Shown: positions 20,564 through 27,214 of the stretch, piece after piece
Numbering within the stretch: position 1 is the stretch's first letter
How the letters are laid out: the number at the start of each line of letters is the position of its first letter
Assembly: GCA_051003155.1 (NCBI GenBank)
Contig: JBPCLO010000022.1
Coordinates: forward strand, 1-27,214
DNA: 27,214 bases
Origin: Fimbriimonadales bacterium
GTDB taxonomy: Bacteria > Armatimonadota > Fimbriimonadia > Fimbriimonadales > ATM1
Direction: 5' to 3'
Notes under the pieces: generated by a model
Database searches by the model: none
What the model was told of the DNA's origin: nothing
What the model saw: only the letters and a program-made list of their open reading frames with translations
Program-made: the position numbers and the translations under genes

Positions 20564-22189
20564 ATGCTTTCGTTGCTGGCATCGCTGGCTTTGATGTCCG
20601 GGTCGGCGGTCGACGTCGATGCTCCACGGCTCACCGTCGTCATCAGCATCGATCAGTTTCGGTCGGATCTGGTAACCCGATTCGCAGATCTGTACCTCCC
20701 TCCAGGCTCCGGCCAGGCTGTGGGAGGGTTCCGCTGGCTCTCCGAGAAGGGAGCCAACTTCATCAACTCCGCCTATAGCCACGTCCCGACGGAAACCGGC
20801 CCCGGCCACGCGGTGATCGGCACCGGGAGCGACCCGGGCACCAACGGCATCGTGTCGAATAGCTGGTTCGAGCGCGAGACGGGCAAAGCGGTGTACTGCG
20901 TCAGCGATCCTGATTCGAAGGACCTGCTCACGGGCAATGAGAGTATGTCTCCCAGGAACCTGCGCGTGACCACGTTCGGGGACGAGTTAAAGCGCGCGAC
21001 CGGTGGTGAGAGCAAACACGTATCGATATCGTTCAAGGACCGTGCTTCGATCCTTATGGCGGGCCGTCTCGCGGATGACGTCATCTGGTTCGATAGCCAA
21101 AGCGGTAACTGGACCTCGAGCGATTTCTATGAGAAGAGCGGCAAGGTCCCCGAGTGGGCGGTTTCACTAAACGGACGCAAGATTCCGGATACATACCGGG
21201 GCAAGTCGTGGACGACGTCCATGCCGGCCGAGGCGCTCAAGCGGGCGTCCGTCGCAGACAAGCCTGGCTCGCCCGAGTCCTTCGGCAAGACGTTTCCTCA
21301 TCCCCTAAAGGACGATGCCTCTTTCTACTCGAACTGGCAGAGAACGCCCTGGGGCAGCGAGTACATCTTCGAGACAGCCAGAACCGCGATCAAGCAGGTC
21401 GGGCTGGGCCAAGACGCAGTCCCCGACATCCTGACGATAAACCTCAGTACTAACGACTACATCGGCCACTGGTTCGGGCCTGACTCACCCGAAGTGCTGG
21501 AGTTGAGCGTGGCCACGGACAAGATGCTCAGTGATTTCTTCCGCCACCTGGGCAAAGCTGTCCCCGGCGGCCTGAGGAACGTCCTCATCATCGTCACGGC
21601 CGACCACGGCGTCCTGCCGATGCCGGAGGAACTCGTGAAACGTGGGATTCCAGGGGGCAGGGTGAGTGAAAAAGACCTATTCAAGAAGCTCGACGACGCT
21701 CTTCAGGCACGCTTCGAGCGCAAGGGCCTCATCGTGCCGGGCAGCGATATGAACATCTACGTAGACTCGAAGGCGAAGCCCCAGGACGCAACCATGGACG
21801 AGGTGGCGTCCTTCATCCGCGATCAGTTAAGAGAGATCCCCGAGGTTTACACGGCGTTCACGCGCTGGGAGCTCGAGGAGCAAAAGCTGCCGGACACTCA
21901 GGCTAGCCAGATGCTTGCTCGGAGCTTCCACAGGCAAAACTCGGGCGATGTGTTCTTCTTCTTGCGCCCCGGTTACCTGCTCGACTACTCGGGCACGGGA
22001 ACCGGCCACGGATCGCCGTGGGCTTACGACACTTCGGTTCCCCTCCTCATGGCCGGGAGGTGGATCAAGCCGGGCATCCACCTCGACCGGTGCGGGCCGA
22101 AAGACATAGCTGCGACGGTCTCGGCCGTGCTGGGGATCGTGCCTCCCTCGGGGAACGTCGGCCGGGCGCTCGCGGTCATCGAGCGGTAA
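20564..22189 (+). CDS. Alkaline phosphatase superfamily protein (PafA-like, Thr nucleophile)
   Basis: VVISIDQFRSD, TETGPGHAVIGTG, GIVSNSW, KDRASIL, DYIGHWFGPDS, TADHG, GHGSPWAYDTSVPL. Confidence 0.92.
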   Translation: MLSLLASLALMSGSAVDVDAPRLTVVISIDQFRSDLVTRFADLYLPPGSGQAVGGFRWLSEKGANFINSAYSHVPTETGPGHAVIGTGSDPGTNGIVSNSWFERETGKAVYCVSDPDSKDLLTGNESMSPRNLRVTTFGDELKRATGGESKHVSISFKDRASILMAGRLADDVIWFDSQSGNWTSSDFYEKSGKVPEWAVSLNGRKIPDTYRGKSWTTSMPAEALKRASVADKPGSPESFGKTFPHPLKDDASFYSNWQRTPWGSEYIFETARTAIKQVGLGQDAVPDILTINLSTNDYIGHWFGPDSPEVLELSVATDKMLSDFFRHLGKAVPGGLRNVLIIVTADHGVLPMPEELVKRGIPGGRVSEKDLFKKLDDALQARFERKGLIVPGSDMNIYVDSKAKPQDATMDEVASFIRDQLREIPEVYTAFTRWELEEQKLPDTQASQMLARSFHRQNSGDVFFFLRPGYLLDYSGTGTGHGSPWAYDTSVPLLMAGRWIKPGIHLDRCGPKDIAATVSAVLGIVPPSGNVGRALAVIER

Positions 22190-22198
22190 ACTCGACCC

Positions 22199-22669
22199 AT
22201 GGCTGACGTAATGAGCGAGCAGCACTTCCCGACGCTTACACCGTACCTGGTCGTCCACGATGCGCAGGCGGCGATCGACTTCTACACCAAGGCGTTCGGA
22301 GCGGTCGTGCGAAACGTGGCGAAGACGCCCGACGGCTCCAAGATCATGAACGCGCAGCTCGTGATCGGCGACTCGGTGATGATGCTCAGCGACGAGTTTC
22401 CCGAGTACGGCAGCGTGGGCCCGCAGCCCGGAGACCGCATGCCCCTTAGCCTGCACATCACCTCCACGAACATCGACGCGGACTTCCAGCGCGCCGTCGA
22501 CGCCGGGGTGGAGGTGACGATGCCGCTGGCGGACATGTTCTGGGGCGACAGGTTCGGCCAGTTCACCTGCCCGTTCGGCTACCGGTGGTCGATGGGCCAG
22601 AAGCTGAAGCGCATGTCGGCGGAGGAGATGGAAGCCGCCGCCAAAGAGGCGTTCGAGGAGAAAGGCTAG
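22199..22669 (+). CDS. VOC family protein (PhnB-like)
   Basis: LTPYLVVHDAQAAIDFYTKAFGA, IMNAQLVIGDSVMMLSDE, MPLADMFWGDRFG..CPFGYRW. Confidence 0.92.
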   Translation: MADVMSEQHFPTLTPYLVVHDAQAAIDFYTKAFGAVVRNVAKTPDGSKIMNAQLVIGDSVMMLSDEFPEYGSVGPQPGDRMPLSLHITSTNIDADFQRAVDAGVEVTMPLADMFWGDRFGQFTCPFGYRWSMGQKLKRMSAEEMEAAAKEAFEEKG

Positions 22670-22710
22670 CTCCGCCACTCCGGCATGGCAAAGCTAGCGG
22701 TTGTAGTGGC

Positions 22711-23763
22711 TTATCCCGGGAAGGTCCACCACGCCTTGTCGATGCGGGCGAGCCAGGGGTAGAGGAACACCGGGCCGAGGGCGCGGTAGCTGACCCGGGC
22801 GCGAATCGCCATGGTAAGGGGCTGGATGAAGCGGGACGTGTTGCTTGTGACGTTCACGTTGACCGTGTCGTCGGAAGTAGTCGCCAAGCGCGTGTCGAGG
22901 ACTTCGTACTGGCCTGTTACATAGTTGTAGAGCGAGATCTTCTGCTCCGCGTTAGCGATGCTCGCGTTCGACTCGAGGGAGAAGCTGAACCCGCTTGGCG
23001 AGGAAGTCGGCGCGGTCGCGTCGAGGATGATCTGTATCGGTGGCTCCGCATTGGAGAATACGGCGCCGGGCCTCATGACGAGCCGGTTGTTGTCGCTATT
23101 GTGCAGCGATCCCAGATTGCCTGAGATGACCGAGCCCCGGAACATGCTGTAGGAGGTTGGCGCAATCGCTCTGGAAACCCACATGAGCGCCTCGTAGAGC
23201 CCCGTGTTCTTGAAACCCCAGCCGACCACGTAGGTGGTCCCCCCATCGTGCCAGATGCCGTTGGCCAAGGATTCCGTGAAGTCAGACGGCAGGAACGCGT
23301 GGAGGTCCACCCACGAGCCTGCCGCGCCGCTCCACAGGCTGGCGCGAGTTACGCCGCCCACGTAGGCGTAGCCCACCTGCTGGCCGCCGTGCACTCCCCA
23401 GGCAACCGATCCAGTCGACCCGGCGGGGTGCAGGTCCACCCACGAGCCGGCCGTGCCGCTCCACAGGCTGGCGCGGTAGACGCCGCCCACGATGGCCCAG
23501 CCCACTTGCTGGCCGGCGTCCACGTCGTAGGCCTTCGAGGTAGTCGAACCGGCGGGGTTCAGGTCCACCCACGAGCCGGCCGTGCCGGTCCACAGACTGG
23601 CCCGCTCCACGCCTCCCACGATGGCGTAGCCGACCTGCTGGCCGCCATCAACGCCGTAGGCCTGCGAGCTCGTCGCGCCGGCGGGGTGCAGGTTGACGAC
23701 GGTCCATTGGGCATTCGCGCAAAGAGCGAGGAAGAACGCGAAGGCGCTGGCTGCATGTTTCAT
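22711..23763 (-). CDS. Secreted beta-propeller-type repeat protein with about 150-aa uncharacterised C-terminal domain
   Basis: Signal peptide; 43-aa repeats (WVDLxPAG...GQQVG...RASLWSGxAGS); SD AAGGAG. Confidence 0.8.
   Translation of the reverse strand: MKHAASAFAFFLALCANAQWTVVNLHPAGATSSQAYGVDGGQQVGYAIVGGVERASLWTGTAGSWVDLNPAGSTTSKAYDVDAGQQVGWAIVGGVYRASLWSGTAGSWVDLHPAGSTGSVAWGVHGGQQVGYAYVGGVTRASLWSGAAGSWVDLHAFLPSDFTESLANGIWHDGGTTYVVGWGFKNTGLYEALMWVSRAIAPTSYSMFRGSVISGNLGSLHNSDNNRLVMRPGAVFSNAEPPIQIILDATAPTSSPSGFSFSLESNASIANAEQKISLYNYVTGQYEVLDTRLATTSDDTVNVNVTSNTSRFIQPLTMAIRARVSYRALGPVFLYPWLARIDKAWWTFPG
23303..23700 (-). repeat. 129-bp coding tandem repeats (3 similar units plus a divergent blade)
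   Basis: AGGTCCACCCACGAGCC recurs at 23303, 23432 and 23561, with a variant AGGTTGACGAC at 23690. Confidence 0.9.
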
Positions 23764-23868
23764 TGATGCTCTCCTTAACCGGGGAAGGCTCTTGGCTGCC
23801 CGGCCGTTCTGGCCGGGGGCGGAACAATGGATGATGCCCTTCCCACTTGGACATTATGGCAGGCGCAA

Positions 23869-23946
23869 GAATCGTGCGGCTGCGCCTCCGGAATCGTGCA
23901 AGGCGGCTATCGGGATCGCCTAAGGTGGTTAAGGGGATCGCTTAAG
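23869..23946. repeat. Four GRATCG motifs at exact 22-bp spacing
   Basis: GAATCG at 23869 and 23891, GGATCG at 23913 and 23935. The first pair extends to GAATCGTGC and the second to GGGATCGCYTAAG. Confidence 0.6.
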
Positions 23947-23964
23947 CGCCCTGTGGTCGCCGTT

Positions 23965-24091
23965 TAACAGCTTGGTATCGGGCGCACATAACAGCAGGGT
24001 ATCGGATGCCGGTATCAACTGGGCATCGGATGCCGATATCAGCTGGGCATTGGATGCCGATAACAGCCGGGTATCCGGTGCCGTTAACAGC
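23965..24091. repeat. Degenerate 24-bp tandem array (5 units plus partial)
   Basis: Units start at 23965, 23989, 24013, 24037, 24061 and 24085; consensus about TA(A/T)CAGCnGGG(T/C)ATCGGATGCCGn. Confidence 0.88.
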
Positions 24092-24094
24092 ACG

Positions 24095-24418
24095 CTACAC
24101 GACGGTGAGGGTGTCGTCGAGTCTGCCGCTTCGAAGCTGGAGGCCGCCTTGAAGCCGCGAGCGGACCTCCAGGAAATACGTGCCGGGGAGGAAGGCGGGG
24201 CCGGCGGCGGGGACGAGGAAGACGAGTTGGCCGGGCTTGTTCTTTTGGACGCGGTTCGCTGGGACTTGGGTTGCGCTGCCCGGGCCGGTGGGCACGAAGA
24301 AGATGCCCTCGTCGGCTGCGGCGGTGTCGTACTGCAGCCGGCTGCCGTTGATCGTGCCGATGTTGCTGCGCGTGACGGTGGCGTTTGTGGTGCCCGAGCC
24401 GAGGTCGATGTACTCCAG
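24095..24418 (-). pseudogene. 5'-truncated gene fragment, DUF4469-like Ig-fold C-terminal domain (as in HU-CCDC81/DUF4469 proteins)
   Basis: Open frame LEYIDLGSGTTNATVTRSNIGTINGSRLQYD...DEGIFFV...KNKPGQLVFLVP...GTYFLEVRSR...LRSGRLDDTLTVV* with strongly coding-like codon usage. No ATG/GTG/TTG occurs upstream of the internal GTG 24295. Confidence 0.65.
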
Positions 24419-24437
24419 ATGCGAACGGGATGGCTGC

Positions 24438-24662
24438 TCAGTCTCTCCACTGCTCAGGAGGAATCTCGGACAAGGCGAGAATCTGGCGCAGGGTACCTAT
24501 CGGCAAGGACCGGTTGCCATGCATCGGAACAGTGAGCTGAATATTCTTGGCTCGGTTCCACCACTTACGATGGCTTCCGCGCTGCGCGACGAGCTCGAAA
24601 GCATGCGCCAAGAGGAGTGCTTCGAGTTCCTTCGCATTCAGCCGTTTGATCTTCCCCGACAA
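24438..24662 (-). CDS. hicA: HicA family toxin
   Basis: LLLAHAFELVAQRGSHRKW...LTVPMHGNRSLPIGTLRQIL; GSH catalytic motif. Confidence 0.92.
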   Translation of the reverse strand: MSGKIKRLNAKELEALLLAHAFELVAQRGSHRKWWNRAKNIQLTVPMHGNRSLPIGTLRQILALSEIPPEQWRD

Positions 24663-24863
24663 CTAGACGGCGACCTTGAGTTCGACCGCGCCGGGCGGCG
24701 TTTCGATCGGCAACGGCTCAAGGTAGAGCGCGATCGCTTCCTTTATGTTCTCAATCGCTTCTTCGCGGGTTGCTCCAGCCGAGACGCACCCTTTGAGTTC
24801 CGGACACCAAGCCGCCCACTCGCCCGTTTCTTCGTCTTGCTCCAGAATGACGCGCCAATTCAT
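24663..24863 (-). CDS. hicB: HicB family antitoxin (short form, no C-terminal DNA-binding domain)
   Basis: VILEQDEETGEWAAWCPELKGCVSAGATREEAIENIKEAIALYLE; 66 aa, abutting hicA. Confidence 0.92.
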   Translation of the reverse strand: MNWRVILEQDEETGEWAAWCPELKGCVSAGATREEAIENIKEAIALYLEPLPIETPPGAVELKVAV

Positions 24864-25126
24864 GTCTTACATTATGGTGCGGGCAACGTCGGCATTTCGC
24901 ATAACCTTACTCAGCTCCTTTCGACGCTCAGCTTGCATGATCCGAAAGCAAGACATCCGGTACTGCGCGCGTCGCGTCACTCTGTCACACTGACTGGCTT
25001 GAGATGGGGTGCGCTCCTGTGGCCGCACCATCAGCACGATCGCCGGGACGATCCAACCGGCGCGCCCTCAACATTACAAACCGGGCGCCACCAACAGGGT
25101 CTCCAATCGTCCGGTAAGCTGACGCG

Positions 25127-26509
25127 GTGAACGCGACGCTGCAGTTTTTGGGAGCCGCGGAGACGGTGACGGGGTCGAAGCATCTCCTGAAGGTCGACGG
25201 TAAGGCGTACCTGATCGACTGCGGCCTTTTTCAAGGCTCCAAGGAACTGAAAGAGCGCAACTGGAAGCCGCTCTCCGTTCCTGCTCACGAGATCGATGCC
25301 GTTCTCGTCACGCACGCCCACATCGACCACATCGGGTACCTGCCGAGGCTGGTGAAGGACGGGTACGCCGGGCCGATCCATTGCACAGCGGCGACCGCCG
25401 AGATAACCCGCCTCAGCCTCCCCGACAGCGGCCACCTGCAGGAGGAGTACGCCCGCTACGCTAACAAGAAAGGCTTCTCGAAGCACAAGCCGGCGCTGCC
25501 GCTCTACACCGCCGAGGACGCCCACCGCGCCTGCAAGCTGCTGAAGGACGAGAAGTTCGACGAGGTCATCTCGTTGGAAGCAGGCTGCTCGCTCCGGTAT
25601 CGCAGGGCCGGGCATATTCTGGGGTCTGCGTTCATCGAATTCTTCCTGCCCGACGGGCGGTGCGTTCTCTTCGGAGGCGACCTCGGGCGATTCAACACCC
25701 CGATCATCCGCGATCCAGTGATGATGGAAAGCGCGGACGTGCTTCTGATCGAGAGCACTTATGGCGACCGCGTTCATGCCAAGACCTCGCCGGCGCAGGA
25801 ACTGCTGGAGATTGTTCGCGCCGCGCAGCAGAACCGCGGAATGGTGGTGATCCCCGCTTTCGCGATCGGGCGGACCCAGGACGTTCTGTACTACCTCCAC
25901 GAACTGCAAATGGCCGGCGATCTGCCGGACATTCCGGTCTATGTGGACAGCCCGATGGCCGTCGATGCGACGGGAATCTATGCTCGGCACCACGAGGATC
26001 ATGATATCGAGATGGAGAAGCTCGAGGACGACAACCTCAACCCCCTCAAGCCGAAGTACGTGCGCTTCGTGAGGACGGTGCAGGAATCGAAGAAGATCAA
26101 CGAGGATCGGGGGCCGGGGATCATTATCGCCAGCAGCGGCATGGCAACCGGCGGCCGCGTGGTTCACCATCTCGCTCGCCGCCTTCCGAACCCCGAGAGC
26201 ATCATTCTCTTCGTCGGCTATCAAGCGGAAGGAACGCTCGGCCGCAGGCTGACCGAGGGGGCTCCCGACGTGAAGATCATGGGAGATTTGACACCGGTTC
26301 GGGCCTCTGTTCGACAAATCGGCTCCCTATCCGCCCACGCAGACTCCGACGAGATCCTGGACTGGCTGCGCGGGTTCAAGGTTAGGCCGAAGGCGACCTA
26401 CATCGTGCATGGCGAACCGCCGGCCCAGGCTTCCCTTCAAGAGAGAATGCGCGCGGAGCTGGGTTGGGAGGCGCATATACCGAAGATGTTCGAGACCGTC
26501 ACTCTCTAA
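25127..26509 (+). CDS. MBL-fold beta-CASP RNA-metabolising hydrolase
   Basis: FLGAAETVTGS, IDCGLFQG, THAHIDHIG, AGHILGSA, ESTYGDR, PAFAIGRTQ, SSGMATGGR, GYQAEGTLGR, SAHAD, VHGE. Confidence 0.94.
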   Translation: MNATLQFLGAAETVTGSKHLLKVDGKAYLIDCGLFQGSKELKERNWKPLSVPAHEIDAVLVTHAHIDHIGYLPRLVKDGYAGPIHCTAATAEITRLSLPDSGHLQEEYARYANKKGFSKHKPALPLYTAEDAHRACKLLKDEKFDEVISLEAGCSLRYRRAGHILGSAFIEFFLPDGRCVLFGGDLGRFNTPIIRDPVMMESADVLLIESTYGDRVHAKTSPAQELLEIVRAAQQNRGMVVIPAFAIGRTQDVLYYLHELQMAGDLPDIPVYVDSPMAVDATGIYARHHEDHDIEMEKLEDDNLNPLKPKYVRFVRTVQESKKINEDRGPGIIIASSGMATGGRVVHHLARRLPNPESIILFVGYQAEGTLGRRLTEGAPDVKIMGDLTPVRASVRQIGSLSAHADSDEILDWLRGFKVRPKATYIVHGEPPAQASLQERMRAELGWEAHIPKMFETVTL

Positions 26510-26655
26510 AACCCGGCCAAGACGCCAGAATGATTGCGTCATGGATAGCCTGGCGCGGCTAATTACCGATGGCTTGCCGCCGACCTAGCCGCGGCAAGCT
26601 CTCGTCCGTAACTCACCAGTGAAACCGCTGTATAATCCCATTGGGCGAAAGAACA

Positions 26656-27214
26656 ATGGGAAACCGTGTCAGCGTCTTCGATACGACTCTTAGGGACGGC
26701 GAGCAAAGTCCCGGGGTGCACTTGGATGTCGGCCAAAAGGTCGAGATCGGGAAGGCTCTGGTCGACCTCGGCGTCGACGTGATCGAGGCGGGATTCCCGA
26801 TCAGCTCGCCCGGCGACTTCGAGAGCGTCCAGACTCTTAGCAAAGAGCTAAAGGGCGTCACCGTTTGCGGCCTGACCCGCGCGATCGCCAAGGACATAGA
26901 GTGCGCGGCGGAAGCTTTGAAGCCCGCCGAACGGGCGCGGATTCATACCGGTCTCGGCGTAAGTGAGAACCACCTTCAATTTAAGCTGAAAATGTCGCGC
27001 GATCAGGCGTTGGAGGCGGGCGTTAATGCCGTCAAGCTCGCACGGAACTTCGTCGACGACGTCGAGTACTTCATGGAGGACTCGGGCAGGGCCGACCGGG
27101 AGTACGTCTACCGAGTGGTGGAAGCCGTGATCGAGGCGGGGGCGACCGTCGTCAACGTTCCGGATACCACGGGCTACACCTATCCCGAGGAGTACCGCGA
27201 ACTAATTTCGAACA
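26656..27214 (+). CDS. leuA: 2-isopropylmalate synthase (5' part, runs off the window)
   Basis: MGNRVSVFDTTLRDGEQSPG...GVDVIEAGFPISSPGDF...RIHTG...VNVPDTTGY. TATAAT at 26631-26636. Not in the ORF track because there is no stop in the window. Confidence 0.9.
   Translation, partial: MGNRVSVFDTTLRDGEQSPGVHLDVGQKVEIGKALVDLGVDVIEAGFPISSPGDFESVQTLSKELKGVTVCGLTRAIAKDIECAAEALKPAERARIHTGLGVSENHLQFKLKMSRDQALEAGVNAVKLARNFVDDVEYFMEDSGRADREYVYRVVEAVIEAGATVVNVPDTTGYTYPEEYRELISN

Noticed and set aside
23303..23700. Diversity-generating retroelement TR/VR pair
   Set aside because: The repeats are in-frame tandem blades within one gene, and there is no reverse transcriptase in the window.
23965..24091. CRISPR array
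   Set aside because: The units are contiguous and degenerate with no unique spacers, and there are no cas genes in the window.
24894..24947. HEPN-toxin remnant (ISHNLTQLLSTLSLHDPK resembles THDLxxLL)
   Set aside because: The resemblance covers only about 18 residues, with no start and no other HEPN motifs, so it could be chance.
23929..25130. ORF-track calls 23929..24450(-), 23972..24535(+) and 24180..25130(+)
   Set aside because: These are shadow frames overlapping hicA, hicB and the DUF4469-like fragment, with low-complexity composition and no recognisable motifs.
26510..26655. Leucine attenuator or T-box upstream of leuA
   Set aside because: No Leu-rich leader peptide, T-box motif or U-tailed terminator was found, and a TATAAT lies only 19 nt before the ATG.

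Overview
A GC-rich bacterial chromosomal window. By inference it comes from Armatimonadota (Fimbriimonadia-like), based on the PEP-CTERM proteins, the amidase-GerMN pair and the secreted repeat proteins. It is mostly housekeeping and envelope genes: an S41 protease, an aquaporin, an N-acetylmuramoyl-L-alanine amidase with GerMN, a PAP2 phosphatase, tRNA-Val(TAC), acnA, an SQR-like flavoprotein, YeiH, Lrp-MarC, an OMP-hflX-prmC cluster, dut, a PafA-type phosphatase, a VOC protein, a beta-CASP MBL nuclease and the 5' part of leuA. The most unusual points are: (i) an accessory patch at about 22.7-25.0 kb holding a secreted 43-aa-repeat protein with an unassigned C-terminal domain, a 22-bp-phased motif array, a 24-bp palindromic tandem array, a start-less DUF4469-like gene fragment and a hicB-hicA pair; (ii) a pirin gene broken by one in-frame TAG at a conserved Tyr; (iii) a recurrent -10 box 5-7 nt before start codons, suggesting widespread leaderless mRNAs; (iv) a hypothetical protein with a divergent DUF2726-like nuclease fold. 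No CRISPR array, integrase or transposase was seen. All family assignments come from motif recognition by eye, not from database searches.
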